In this document: positions 50,751-62,939 of the stretch, piece after piece
How positions within the stretch are numbered: position 1 is the first letter of the stretch
How the letters are laid out: the number at the start of each line of letters is the position of its first letter
Virus record (IMG/VR): IMGVR_UViG_3300020084_000003
Location: 124,001 to 188,000 of that record
Length of the DNA stretch: 64,000 nt
Strand: one strand, 5' to 3'
Position numbers and translations under genes: made by a program
The notes under the pieces: generated by a model
The model's database searches: none
Told to the model about the DNA's origin: nothing
What the model saw: only the letters and a program-made list of their open reading frames with translations

Positions 50751-53700
50751 GTTTAGCTCCTATAAAAAAATGCTTCATGAACATCGCGATCATCGAAAAA
50801 TGACAGATCAAGAAGCTTTGTTTCCTTGCTTGTCATCCTCATCACATACGATTCTTCGCCCTGTCCATGAACAAATATAGCAGTGTTTTTACCATTGTCA
50901 AGTGCAATCAATTCACGGTCTTCTTCGTTAGAAACGCAGGTATTGCAGAAAGTTTTGATGAAAACAGGAATATAAAAGTTACCATCTGGCGATTCATAAC
51001 CTAATGGTTCCTCCCCTGTTGTTACATCTTTAGTCCATCCGATAAATCTAAACCCCTCTATTAGTGGCATTGTTCCAAAATAATGCATTTCACTATCAAT
51101 TAGGTTTATATCATCATTACCGTATAAATTCATAATCATATTTCTATTCCTTACTTAACTTCTCCTTATGAACAAACTATAACACATCTATAAGCAGTGT
51201 CAATAGGCAACTAGTCGCTTAGGTAACTTTTAGACTACTTGACAGCACGAATCAAAAAGGGCCATGCGGCCCCTTTCATTTTCGAATCGAGTCGATATAA
51301 AAATCGCTGAATGATCCATCGCTATTGATGTTTCGACACACGTTGATATTGTGTTTAAATGTTCTAGGGTTGTGTTCAAATCCTCGGTATGTCACCGACA
51401 TTTCTGCCTGCATGATGTTGCAGTCTCTAGAATTTACCACAAAATTGATGTAGTCAGCAGTCACAAGAAACGACAATATGATGCCGAATACAGATGAAAT
51501 CTTGAACTTACTGATAAGCCTTTCGTTGGCAACATCAAAGTAAATATCATAAAGATTTGCAGCAAAATAAACAGCAAAAACAAATGCAATACCAAAAAGT
51601 GAAGCACCTAGAACGCTGGCCCCCGCATATGTGAGGCCAAGTAGGCTCGAAAGGTAAATAATCATGATGCCCTCTTATTAAATTACAATAAGAGTTTTTG
51701 CTTCGGTGTTGGAAACAACCGCATATTTGGTGTCTTTTAGTTGTTCCTTGAGCCAAGCATCGAATTGCTTGTTGTGAACATTTTCAGCCATTTCACGCAT
51801 GTAGTCGATAGCACCATATACTGCAACCATGAAATCTACATCGTCCATCTTACCAGATTCTACCGAAGTGATAGGCTTATTTTTATAAAAAGCACGGACA
51901 ATTTGAAGCGAACGCATCCGTGAGCGGAAGCTGCGAGTAATAATTTGACCGTTAGAAACTTCAATAGCTTTATTAGCCAGCTTTTGAGTTTCTTTTAGGT
52001 TAGTAATAAATTCAGGGGTTTCTTCACGTTGAGTTTTGACTACACGATGTGCCATTATATATCTCCTTCATAATTAATTCGTATGACCCTTTATAGGGTG
52101 ATTCGATGCGCTTGTCAATCAGAAAGTAATTTGTAGTGTATCGCCGTCATAGAATTTCTTCTTAGCATTTAATGAATAATCTTCAAACTCAACTTGAGTT
52201 ACAGGGTTGACTTCATAACCACCAGCTTCATATGGAGAAATAACAAAGCAGTCAACACCATCACTAAACCACAATTCATCGTGTTCATCCAAAAATGCTC
52301 TTACTCTTTCAGAATCTTTTTCTTTGTAATCAAATTTCATCATATTGTATGTCCTTCTATCCTTTATAAGTTATTTTATAGTAAATGTCGTAATTTCCAT
52401 CATTTTTAGTGCATATACAACCATCTGGTTTTATGCCTTCTATTTCTATCTTGCACCTTTCAAGATCAACATTATCATCCCATTTGGCTCTCGCCCAATG
52501 CAATAAGTCTTCAATGTTTGATATGGCGCATTCTGGAACGAAAATGCATTTATCTGTGTCCTTGGGAATTGTTGTAGTCATATTGTCTCCTGCAAAATAT
52601 GTAACCCATATAACTAATTATCTTGCAATATGACAAAATTATGACAGCAGTGTTTACTCAATGACGCATTATTGTGCAGAATGAAAACTAGAGAAATGTT
52701 AATGCAAGTGCCGCAAATAGAAAAACAAAAACTAAACCTAGCAATGGCTTGACCAATCCCCACTTGCTATCTTTTTTAACTAACTGGTCAAGCCACCAAT
52801 ACATTTCTTCTCTGTCGATTATTCCATTTTCGTGCGCTTCTCTAATGGCTCTGGCCTGACGCATTTTGAAACCAAGTTGATAGCTTTCTTTACTCATCTT
52901 TGATCCTCACTACACCATCGACAATTTCAGATTTTTCGTCACGCTTGAAAGCATCCATACAGCTTCCCACCTGTGAAGGTGATAGATGAATTGCCATAGA
53001 AATAAGACCGCCTACTAAATATGCCAATGCATTATAGTCGGGCGAATTGATTTTGTATTTCTTTTTCTTGGAGCCGTCTTTCAAGACTATATGTTTTTCG
53101 GTTATTTCTAAAACAACGCCAAAGTTAGGAATGATATCTCCAACAATCATATTAGAAAGTGCAACACGACCAAATTTAAGAACAGGGCTTTCCCTTTTTT
53201 CAACGGCAGGCTTTTCAATTTTATCTTCTGGAAGAGGATAATCCATTAGTAATATCTCCTACAATGAACTTTAACAAATTTCTGGTAAATGTTTTTATGG
53301 ACTTGCTCTAAGGTTTTGAAACCAATCCAAATCAAAGTAAATAAGTATATTGCGAAATATACGACACTATAATTGATGAATACTAGATTCCATCCAGTCA
53401 TAACAAATACGACGAAAACCCATGCAACTGACAGTGTTGAAACCATCAGCAACAATGCTATGAAAAACCAAAATCCAACGTCATACAAAAAATCTGGCAT
53501 TATATAACTCCTAGCAAACTGGATCACCCCAAACTGGCATGAAACAATAAGTTTGCAGCCAATCGCCTCTTGGCCCGAAATCAAATTCGAGCAATCCCAT
53601 TTCTACTAGCTTCCAAGCAGGCTTATTCATTCCGCATTTTGGAAACATTCTAAATGGGTAATACTCTTCTTCGAAACAAGTTCTTGCAACCTTATTTTGT

Positions 53701-54201
53701 TGTTTAGTCAACTTATTCATGGGATATAGCAGAATCCACTAGCAGTGACCGTTTTCCTGTAAAACCCTTCTAGGCCATCTTCCAGAAAATCATAGTTGTC
53801 ATAAATCAAAATTTGAGTTTTGTTTAGAGCAAGCTGTCTATACGAGGTAGCGCCCATGATATGATTTCCATCTTCATCTTGACCCCGAATGAAGCAGCTT
53901 TCAATGTCTTCATTGCTAGGGCTACTCAAGCAAATATACTGACCAATTGCCATATCGGTGCCTTCTGGGTTGCCAATTAGGACTGTCTCATCAATTACAT
54001 TGTAATCAACTCGGTATAACCTAGCTTCACCATTTTCAGTGGTTTGGTCGATAATAATACAATATTCCGAAATAATATCGTTTGCCATAGTAGAAATAGG
54101 CATAAGTGCAATAGCAGTTGCCAGAAAACCAGTTTTGAACATTTCTAATACTCCCATGTATGATGTGTGTGTTGTGTAGATATCATGATTCTCTTTGTAT
54201 G

Positions 54202-54546
54202 TCAATCACTATTATCTGGAATGCTCATAATGAAATCATGCGTTGGCATTTTTCTATAAACTTCTACCGTATCCGCTAGTAGCTTCTCAATGCCGTTAAT
54301 AATCATTGAACCAAATTCGGTTTCCCCATAAGATTTTTCATTGCAGATATATCTAGAACCTGAGTTGCTATAAAAGATATAGTTTCCATTTTTATATTTG
54401 ACAGAGATAATGCCCGCATTCAATCGCCAAGACTCTTCTTCTTTCCAAGTTGCAAATACTTTAAAAATTGGGTGTCCTTTTTCCTGTTCTACTTTAACTA
54501 GAAGCCAAGCATCAGGTATACTATCATTTGGTAGAACGTCTGACAT
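54202..54546 (-). CDS. Conserved phage hypothetical protein, tandem paralog of 54557-54877
   Basis: 'PDAW.LVKV...KVF..W...W.LN.GI...SGS.Y.C...YG'. Confidence 0.7.
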   Translation of the reverse strand: MSDVLPNDSIPDAWLLVKVEQEKGHPIFKVFATWKEEESWRLNAGIISVKYKNGNYIFYSNSGSRYICNEKSYGETEFGSMIINGIEKLLADTVEVYRKMPTHDFIMSIPDNSD

Positions 54547-54556
54547 ATTATTCTCC

Positions 54557-54877
54557 TTAAATTGACATTATGAAATCATGATCCATTTCTAGGTAGGGAG
54601 TATACACATTTGGATTTTGTATTTGCAACTTTATAAGTTCTCTTGAACCAGCAACAGTCATGCCATAATTTTCTTCTTTGCAGAAATATTTCATACCTCT
54701 TTTGCACAAAAATTTATACGTCCCATCATGATAGCTAACAGACTTTACTTCTGTGCTTATTTCAATATCACCTTCACCAGTATACTCTCCCTTGACGAAG
54801 AACATTATTTTGTAGAACTCACCATTCTTATTTTTTACTTTAATTAAAATCCAGTTCTCATGTTCACTTCCACTCAT
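54557..54877 (-). CDS. Paralog of 54202-54546
   Basis: Shared 'W.LIKV...Y.F......Y.C....YG.T..GS...HDFIMSI'. Confidence 0.7.
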   Translation of the reverse strand: MSGSEHENWILIKVKNKNGEFYKIMFFVKGEYTGEGDIEISTEVKSVSYHDGTYKFLCKRGMKYFCKEENYGMTVAGSRELIKLQIQNPNVYTPYLEMDHDFIMSI

Positions 54878-55349
54878 TTTTCTTCTTTTCTACCTCTTGT
54901 TCATTGCCGACAAATTCAATCTTGGCGCACGTCTTGTTTTTGATGTGATGATACATCATCAGCAAACCATTGTCTTCTTCTTTTCCGCGCTCAATTTGCC
55001 GTAGTCTATATGAAGTGCTTTCTTTAAGCTTCGAAACTCCTGCGGCAGTGGCAACTAATATACAAAGAATAAAAATCAGCGCCCAGAAAAATAGTCCGGT
55101 AAAAACTACCTCTGGAATGATAGCACCGATTGACATGAGATAAATTCCATAGAAAAGACTGCCAAACATATAGATAATAACTCCGGCGATAAGCAGGCAA
55201 ATTAGTCCAATGAAGGCCAAAGATATAATAGCCTGCAAAAATTTCCATTTGTAAACGCAAGTGTCTGTGAGTTGTGAATCTTTAACGTCAAGCAACGATG
55301 TGATAAAACGATAGTGCCACGAATTTCTGTTAATGGTAGTTGTTTGCAT
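54864..55349 (-). CDS. Membrane protein (SWHY...C.Y...K.K.C family)
   Basis: Two TM segments. Confidence 0.65.
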   Translation of the reverse strand: MQTTTINRNSWHYRFITSLLDVKDSQLTDTCVYKWKFLQAIISLAFIGLICLLIAGVIIYMFGSLFYGIYLMSIGAIIPEVVFTGLFFWALIFILCILVATAAGVSKLKESTSYRLRQIERGKEEDNGLLMMYHHIKNKTCAKIEFVGNEQEVEKKKNEWK

Positions 55350-56582
55350 AATACTATCTCCCCTTCATCATGTTTGAAAGCTTGCCCAGAATCCCGCCAG
55401 TAGCCTTGCCACCAAGTCGCATTATAATTCTTCTAGGAATAGCACCTTTTCTTTTAGAAGTCAGTGCTTGAACATCACCTAGCAGCTTCGCTATGGTGTA
55501 AAGAACCCCTCTTGCAGAGGAAATAGTCACTTTTCTGTTTCGTCTTGCCATCATCCCATCTCCTTTATCTGATAGTTTGTTCCCGTTTTACCATAGTTGA
55601 TAACATCTTGGTAGCATAGGACAACACATTCTGCCACTGTTTCACCATAATTGTCAAAGGTATAATGTTTGGCTGGATCATTCTCCAAACAAGGCCAGAA
55701 TGTCATTTTGACATGACAATATTTTTCATTAATTTCAACATGCATGTCATATTTAAAAAACGCATGACTCACTAAAGTCATGGCAGCAGATATATCTCCG
55801 CTATATCCAGCTTCTATCAATTCTCTATTAGTCATGATTCTCTTTCCTATGGTTGTTTGGTCCTTTCTATCACAAGAATGCACACCTGTCAACTACATTC
55901 GAAAAGGCCGGGGAATTTTGCCCCGGCCCTCTCACATATTTTTTTCTAAGTATTCTATTCTGTTCTCTAATTTTCTGACTACTATTTTTAAATCTTCTAT
56001 GTCTTTCTTATTTTTCTCTGATCTATTTCTTGCATTGTTAAATTCATTTCTAAGATCACCAAAGAATTCGTTTAAACCCTTGAACATTTTTCTCTCCTAT
56101 ATCTATATGTGGGCCAATACTTATATAACTCACATATAGATATAAAGTTCAACTATTTGTCCAACATCTCCACATAAGAAAGAACAGGAAACTTGTTGTC
56201 ATATCTGAAAACTCTACCATCAGGAAGAAGACAGTTTTTGTAAGATTCAATCCCTTTATCACTACGCACCTGATAACTCTCATTGCATTGAATGAAGAGA
56301 TTTTCATAATATTGTATGCCAAAGTAAAGCACTAAGACACTAGCCAGTGGAAGCAGAGCATGTTTCCACCGGTTTTTTCTAAACAATGCACCAAAGGCAT
56401 AGTAAACGAATGCGAACATTGCAACTAGCGCGAAACCAGCCAGAAAAGAATGAACCAGCGCCATTACAAAAGGCGAAGCCATTGATTGAAAGGTTAGAAC
56501 GTTGACAATTTCCATCTAGACTCCTCCTAAAGATAAGACACAGGCCACATATAGATCAATATGCGGCCTGTGTCAAGTCTTT

Positions 56583-57137
56583 TTATTTTTCGTTAAAAAG
56601 AGGAATCCTTTCTGCTACCATCTGAACTAGAGAATCAATATGAACAGGGGCATAGTTAGTCATTTCAACACTAATATTGATATATTGTGGTTCATCAATA
56701 TTATGTTGATGAATATGTCCATGAACGTTCACCATTCTAATTTTCTTTCTGTGATTGTAACAAGAAAATGGATGCATTGCAAGGTGTGAGCAGATAAAGT
56801 TAAACTCATCAAACCTGCGAATAACATCAGTCTTTTCGAAAAGACGCATTAGACGGTGTGCGTCATCATCATGGTTTCCCCAAAGAAGCCTCTTGTGACC
56901 ATTTAGTTGATTGTGAATCTTTTCATAATCATCAGAAGGACCAAAGAAAACATCTCCAAGATGGTAAATCTTATCTTGAGGCTTAACCGAAGCATTCCAG
57001 TTTTCAATCATTGTGTTATTCATATCTTCTACAGAAGAGAAACCGGGCCTGATTAGGTTTCCAACTTCATCTGTAAAATTTAAAATATTTGCATGATTGA
57101 AGTGCGTATCTGAAATAAACCAAATATCTCTACTCAT
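56583..57137 (-). CDS. Calcineurin-like metallophosphoesterase
   Basis: 'SDTHF.H', 'HLGD', 'GNHD', 'HGHIH'. Confidence 0.9.
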   Translation of the reverse strand: MSRDIWFISDTHFNHANILNFTDEVGNLIRPGFSSVEDMNNTMIENWNASVKPQDKIYHLGDVFFGPSDDYEKIHNQLNGHKRLLWGNHDDDAHRLMRLFEKTDVIRRFDEFNFICSHLAMHPFSCYNHRKKIRMVNVHGHIHQHNIDEPQYINISVEMTNYAPVHIDSLVQMVAERIPLFNEK

Positions 57138-57146
57138 AATATCCTC

Positions 57147-58247
57147 TTACATATAAATTGTTACTTTTTCAGATGCACGTGTAATAGCTGTGTATAACCA
57201 TCTCCACCACATATCTCTGAACACTTCCGATTCGTCAATGATATAAACACTATCCCATTGTGAACCTTGGCTTTTGTGAGCAGTGAGACAGTAACCATAG
57301 GTCATTTGCTGTCTTCCCAATTTCATCTTCCAATGTTCAGGCTCTTTACTTCCATCAAACAGGTATCTCAAAGGTCTAATTTTAAGGTTAGACTTCTCGT
57401 CGTTATCTTTGGATGATACTACCATATTGAAATAATTCAAGGCAGGGTTCTTATCCGTCACTTCCATAACTTCATACATCTCACCATTCAACATACCAAT
57501 GTCGTTTTCATTTTTCAAACAAATAACACGCTCTGTAGCAAGAGGAATGTTACCTTTGTAACCGAAATGCTCTCTGAAAACTCCATTCATATGAACTCTG
57601 GTGGAATTCTTACCGCTAATCATTTGATCCGATGCAAAAACATCAGCCTTTCGAAGCTTATTGGTTACAGATGATTCGCCGTATTCTCCATACTCTAGCA
57701 TGTCTTGGTTCCTAATTCTAGATGCCATGTAGATGATAGGATTTTCGGATGCTTGTCTATGAATTTCTGTTAACATCGAATCAGGTTCTCCCGATGTAAA
57801 AAAGCCAGAACCATCAACTGGTGGTAACTGAGCAGGATCACCCAAAACCAAAATAGGGACTCCAAATGAAAGCAAGTCTTCTCCCATTTTGTTGTTTACC
57901 ATCGAACATTCGTCAATAATAATCAATTTTGCATCCGCGATGGTCGATTTTCTGTTAAGCTTAAATGTTACTTCACCTGTTTTTTCATTCACGATTGGGA
58001 TATATATCATGGAATGAATAGTAGAAGCATCATCACAGCCATTTTTCTGCATAACCAGCGCGGCTTTTCCCGTGTATGCGCCATATGCCACATAGCCACT
58101 AATGAATTGTCTAAAATATTTTGCAATAGTTGTCTTGCCTGTTCCAGCATAACCTGCTAGGTAATAGAATGGTTTCGTTTTAGATTCTTCTTTGAACCAG
58201 CGTTCAACGTCTTTCAGGGCGGCGTCTTGTTGTTTACCTAATTCCAT
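57147..58247 (-). CDS. SF1B DNA helicase (Dda/RecD-like)
   Basis: 'GYAGTGKTT', 'IIDECSM', 'GDPAQLPPV', 'HRQ', 'TAHKSQGSQW', 'YTAITRA'. Confidence 0.9.
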   Translation of the reverse strand: MELGKQQDAALKDVERWFKEESKTKPFYYLAGYAGTGKTTIAKYFRQFISGYVAYGAYTGKAALVMQKNGCDDASTIHSMIYIPIVNEKTGEVTFKLNRKSTIADAKLIIIDECSMVNNKMGEDLLSFGVPILVLGDPAQLPPVDGSGFFTSGEPDSMLTEIHRQASENPIIYMASRIRNQDMLEYGEYGESSVTNKLRKADVFASDQMISGKNSTRVHMNGVFREHFGYKGNIPLATERVICLKNENDIGMLNGEMYEVMEVTDKNPALNYFNMVVSSKDNDEKSNLKIRPLRYLFDGSKEPEHWKMKLGRQQMTYGYCLTAHKSQGSQWDSVYIIDESEVFRDMWWRWLYTAITRASEKVTIYM

Positions 58248-58320
58248 TATTATTCCTTCTTTCATAATTATTTCTGGCTGAGATTTGAGTCTCAGCCAGA
58301 ATTTAGTTTTTGTTTGAAAA

Positions 58321-59715
58321 TTAGCTGTTTGTAATTTTCTTCACCCAATCTTGGGCAGTAGAGCGTGGAATACCTTCACTTTTTGCCCAACGTGTAATTG
58401 AACCGAAATCAGCAACACCGTCCAATATTTCTTTGGATGTATAGGATGAACCATTTCTTTTGAATACTAGACCTTCGGAAACATCATCATTTTCTGTAGC
58501 ATCATCCTTCTCGTCAGAAATTTCAAAAACTTCATATTCGATCATAAGATCAATCATTTCATTAAATTCTGACTCACTCATATGTTCCATGTAGTATGTG
58601 TCGCCACCATTTGTGACGGCTTCTGTATTATCTACGTAGAATGAGAAAGAAGGCGTTTTGAATACAACATCCCAGAAATCAACATCATCATGTTCTAGAT
58701 CATCAGAAAGAGCAATCAGACGATAACCATGTTTGGCAAAATCTTTTTCGCTTATATTGACAACCACATCCATACTTGCTTTATATTCGTCCGCTTCGTA
58801 TTCAGTTTCAACATTCAATCCTTTGAACGTATTTTTTACGTATTGATGCACACCTACATCATCATTTTCGCCATCAACTACATTATCGTTTTCTTCATAT
58901 TCTCTATCCCAACCACTATAATCTTCAAAATACTGGTCGTTTTCTGTGCTGGCAGCGGGTTTGTTAGGATCGACATAGATAGATGTAGTTTCTACATCTT
59001 TAATTGAACCAACTTCAACTTCTGACAGAACTTCATAGCGGCAGACGCGCATTTTAGTTTCATTATAATCGGGCGGAACCGCAACAACATCTTTAGGATT
59101 TACCTTACATACGATTGTGCGGCTATCGGCGGGCCTTGCATAAGAATTCAAATAAATTGAAGCTGCAACATGAAGACCACGGGAGCAAGTAATATTATTA
59201 TTTGCATCAACGCTTTCACGCGGGACTTCAACAATTTTACCTACGCTATTGTCCATTGTGCCAGAGTAGATATCTTTCCAATCTTTACGAATTCGTTTAA
59301 AGGCAAGGAAATGACCATCTTCTGTGAAAGGTGAACCATTCTTTTCCAAGAATGTGAATAGACGCTCACGCGAATCTTGAGATGGATTTAGCATCACGTT
59401 TTCCATGAAGTGAACCCAAGGAGTAACGTCAAACCCATCGTCAAATAGTTGAACAAGACGTTCTGCTAGATAAGTGTGAATTTTGGTGCCCTTGTAATAA
59501 ACTGAATTGCCTTTGATAGTAACGTTTCCTTCTGAAAGGCGGGTCAGTTCTTCTTTAACATTAACAATACTTTCGATGAAAGATTCGTCATGCTCTTTTC
59601 CACGTAGATGCTCTTTTAGCTCATCAAATTTTCTGAATGTGGAAGGAATATTATACAGCCTACCCTTATAAAACAGGGTAATGCTGTTGTTTGTTAGTGT
59701 GAAATTTAAACGCAT
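58321..59715 (-). CDS. rIIB: RIIB-like protein
   Basis: 'NPS...LF.FL...TEDGHFLAFK', 'CSRGLHV', 'KVNPKDVVAVP.DY...KMRVCRYEV'. Downstream of rIIA. Confidence 0.9.
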   Translation of the reverse strand: MRLNFTLTNNSITLFYKGRLYNIPSTFRKFDELKEHLRGKEHDESFIESIVNVKEELTRLSEGNVTIKGNSVYYKGTKIHTYLAERLVQLFDDGFDVTPWVHFMENVMLNPSQDSRERLFTFLEKNGSPFTEDGHFLAFKRIRKDWKDIYSGTMDNSVGKIVEVPRESVDANNNITCSRGLHVAASIYLNSYARPADSRTIVCKVNPKDVVAVPPDYNETKMRVCRYEVLSEVEVGSIKDVETTSIYVDPNKPAASTENDQYFEDYSGWDREYEENDNVVDGENDDVGVHQYVKNTFKGLNVETEYEADEYKASMDVVVNISEKDFAKHGYRLIALSDDLEHDDVDFWDVVFKTPSFSFYVDNTEAVTNGGDTYYMEHMSESEFNEMIDLMIEYEVFEISDEKDDATENDDVSEGLVFKRNGSSYTSKEILDGVADFGSITRWAKSEGIPRSTAQDWVKKITNS

Positions 59716-59721
59716 TATATG

Positions 59722-62220
59722 TTACCTTTCAATTGTATCCATAATTTTTACATAATCAATAATATCTGACACATCTTTTTCATCCAAAGTTGAGTAACGA
59801 TATGATGAAACATGGGCAAGCATGGGGTAGTTGTCAAACAATTGTTCTATCATTATCTTCAACATTCTAATATCGCCTGATATATTGAATTTAGAAATGT
59901 CTTTGGTATTTGGGTCTAGAGCATCTTTCAATGCATCTGAGTAACCTTCTGGAATCTTATTGACGATTCCTCTAGCAAATGATACAAACTTTCTATCTTC
60001 ATAGCTTGGACTATAGCATGAGCGAGACTGTAAGTCAAACACTTTTTCGCACATTTTTCTATAAAGAGATTTTCCTGCTTCTAACACATTCAACTTATCC
60101 TTGTAGTTTTCATGTATCGTATATTCTCTGCATGATTTAGGTATCTCAAACTCATGAGAATTAGCAGAAATTTTATCTGCGAGAGTGATTCTTTCACACT
60201 CCTGAATAAAAGCATCCCATTCAAAATCCTCAGATTCTATGGATATTGAATTTTCATAATACTCAAGAAAATTCTTTGCATAACTTTGAGCAATTATGAT
60301 AACTGGCCTTTTATATATTTTAGAAATATATTGCGCTAGTAGGCTACCAACGTCATTATAATGATGATATACATATATTCCTGTTTTCTTGGTATCCATA
60401 AACTTAGGAATAACAATAAAATCTGTATCTTTGTTGTGAAGATGACAACTTGCGTATTGTTTCCAAGGACCAGAATTTATATCTTTTACATACTCTATAT
60501 CATCAGGATTTATCAGTCTTCCAACTCTTTCTACATCATATGCACCATTAATATCATATGCAGTCACTTTATAATTGGAAATTTTTTCAATCAAAGTTTT
60601 ATTCTTTGAAGGACTACGATAAACCCTTTTCTTGGGAACCGCAATTGACATTAAATCAATTACTTCATACTCGACGCCTTCTACCAGATACTCATCTAGC
60701 AAGTCAAAGAACCTGATCTTTGTAAGGGGATCGCGACCGTAGAATTCTACAATAAATGGATCGCCCTTTACCATATCATGAACAGATGGGTCATAATCAA
60801 TAGTAGATGTGTCATAATGATTTTCAATTTCATCTACATCACATTTCAAAAATGAAATGATGTTTCTCATTTTGATTGTATCTGAATTTACTGATTTATA
60901 ACCCTCGCGCCCGCGATAGCGGTCCACAACAAAAATGCGAATTTTGTTGTAGTTCATACCTATATTGAATTTGTCTGAAAACTGTGCATCTGGCATAATC
61001 TTGTTGCCCTTTGCATCGTTTAGTCTAGCATATGCAAATTCATTCAACGGGTTCTTCATATTAAAGGCATAAGGAGTTTTAATGTCTTTACCTTTATACT
61101 TAGCCCATTCTTTACCAGATGATGGGTTATAATAGTTTCTACTGTAGGTTGGGTATGTTATAGAAAACCATTGTGAAAAGATATGTCTTTCCTCATCCGT
61201 GAACATATCTTCATTTCTGTTGAAATACGTATCGGAATCACTTATGAGTTTGAAAGCCTCATATCTTGTGGGGCAACGATCAATGACGGATTCAATTGTT
61301 GTCTTGATCTTTTCGCGATAAGAATTCAATTCCTTCAAAATTGTAGGAATTGTTGGCTCTTTGCGGCCATAGGACAGGGCTTCCCTAGAGACAGATACCT
61401 CTAGACTGCCCACGGGAACTTCAAAAATATTGAGTGTTTGGGATCGACAAAGATCAATGAATTCTACTGTCAAATCGCCAGAATCAAATATTTCGTTTTG
61501 AATTGCTTCTCTGATAACTTTAGCATCTACTGGATAGATTACGCATCCCATTTTCACATAAAGACCATTATACATATATTCCGAATAATCTTTAGGCCAT
61601 TCGAAATCTTCATCATCTTTTACCAAAGGCTTGACATTAAATCCTAGTGAAACCCTCTTGGCAGCTTCACGGAATGAATTAACATCATGTTTTGCAACCG
61701 GGAAAGATACTTCTACCCCATTTTCTTCGTCAACAATTTCTGAGTGAAGATGCACAATAGTTGGAATACGATCTTCATTCATCAATGCAGTGTAATAGTT
61801 CTTCGCACCGTTATACACAGAAATTACTGAAAATGTGTCGGTATAGGCGAATGGTGACTTTGACCCTAGACCAAAGCTGCCTACCTGAGTATTTGTGTCT
61901 TCTTTTGTAGATTTGAATACGGTAGTATATAGACCCATAACATCTGCATGAGAAAGACCAACACCGTAGTCTCTTACTCGGAAAGTAGGATCGAACATTG
62001 AAGGAAATGTTACTTCAAATGGTTTATCTGGGCAACCAGCAGCAATGTGACTGTCCAGTGCGTTAGACCAAATCTCTCTTGTGATAGATTGAACTTTATC
62101 AGCATACAAGCCTGAAATCAAGGTTTGAAATGCCTTACTATTTGCAACAATAGTAAAGGCATTTGTATCACCGGAAGAATTAATAGTTACGTCATTCTTA
62201 GCATGTTTAGTAGTAATCAT
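59722..62220 (-). CDS. rIIA: RIIA-like protein (N-terminal HATPase)
   Basis: 'LYADK..ITREIWSNALDSH', 'VRDYGVGL', 'GSFGLGSKSPFAY'. Confidence 0.9.
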   Translation of the reverse strand: MITTKHAKNDVTINSSGDTNAFTIVANSKAFQTLISGLYADKVQSITREIWSNALDSHIAAGCPDKPFEVTFPSMFDPTFRVRDYGVGLSHADVMGLYTTVFKSTKEDTNTQVGSFGLGSKSPFAYTDTFSVISVYNGAKNYYTALMNEDRIPTIVHLHSEIVDEENGVEVSFPVAKHDVNSFREAAKRVSLGFNVKPLVKDDEDFEWPKDYSEYMYNGLYVKMGCVIYPVDAKVIREAIQNEIFDSGDLTVEFIDLCRSQTLNIFEVPVGSLEVSVSREALSYGRKEPTIPTILKELNSYREKIKTTIESVIDRCPTRYEAFKLISDSDTYFNRNEDMFTDEERHIFSQWFSITYPTYSRNYYNPSSGKEWAKYKGKDIKTPYAFNMKNPLNEFAYARLNDAKGNKIMPDAQFSDKFNIGMNYNKIRIFVVDRYRGREGYKSVNSDTIKMRNIISFLKCDVDEIENHYDTSTIDYDPSVHDMVKGDPFIVEFYGRDPLTKIRFFDLLDEYLVEGVEYEVIDLMSIAVPKKRVYRSPSKNKTLIEKISNYKVTAYDINGAYDVERVGRLINPDDIEYVKDINSGPWKQYASCHLHNKDTDFIVIPKFMDTKKTGIYVYHHYNDVGSLLAQYISKIYKRPVIIIAQSYAKNFLEYYENSISIESEDFEWDAFIQECERITLADKISANSHEFEIPKSCREYTIHENYKDKLNVLEAGKSLYRKMCEKVFDLQSRSCYSPSYEDRKFVSFARGIVNKIPEGYSDALKDALDPNTKDISKFNISGDIRMLKIMIEQLFDNYPMLAHVSSYRYSTLDEKDVSDIIDYVKIMDTIER

Positions 62221-62229
62221 AATATATCC

Positions 62230-62901
62230 TTATTCCGTGTTTTGGTTCCTCATTGGGCTACACACCGCATCCAGCATATCTGGATACCAATCGCCTCTAC
62301 GCATCAATGTTTTAATTCTAATACCATAGCTGTAAACCTGACATTCGTTAACACCCGGTGCAACTACAGCGGCAACTCTGTCAGGATAGAAGAAATATCC
62401 TCTGGTAAAAAGAGAATAAACTTGGTGAAATGCAGTCGGTCTTACCCTAAAGTAAACTGAGTTTGCTTCCGAACATGGAATGGTTTCACATCCGCGAACC
62501 GAATAAACATCGTCTTCTGGGTTTACCTCTTCCGCATTGGTCAGATATATAACCTCATACTGCTGCGTTGTCAAGAACAAAGTTGCCTGATATGAGAAAA
62601 ACAAAACCATAGGAATAAGATAAAGTGAAGCAACTGTGGCGAGGATCACCAGACCTGCCCTCATACGGGAAAATCTACCATCACCTTTGTATAGGGTCCA
62701 TTTCCAAATTTTAATTTCTCTTTTGTAAACTAGTTTATTCCAAATCCACATGTAACGATCAGAAAACCAGCGCCATACACGAAAGATTCTGCGCCCAATG
62801 GGGACCATGATTTTTTGCCAAATCCATGTCAGACCTAGCATATACTGTGCCAGCCATTTAAGGACTCGGGCAGGCCAAGGTTCTTTAAGATATTCGCTCA
62901 T
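62230..62901 (-). CDS. Membrane-anchored hypothetical protein
   Basis: Trp-rich amphipathic N-terminus, one TM segment and a Cys-containing C-terminal domain. Confidence 0.7.
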   Translation of the reverse strand: MSEYLKEPWPARVLKWLAQYMLGLTWIWQKIMVPIGRRIFRVWRWFSDRYMWIWNKLVYKREIKIWKWTLYKGDGRFSRMRAGLVILATVASLYLIPMVLFFSYQATLFLTTQQYEVIYLTNAEEVNPEDDVYSVRGCETIPCSEANSVYFRVRPTAFHQVYSLFTRGYFFYPDRVAAVVAPGVNECQVYSYGIRIKTLMRRGDWYPDMLDAVCSPMRNQNTE

Positions 62902-62939
62902 GGGACAAACCTTTCATAAATGGGATGGGAAGTCCCGCA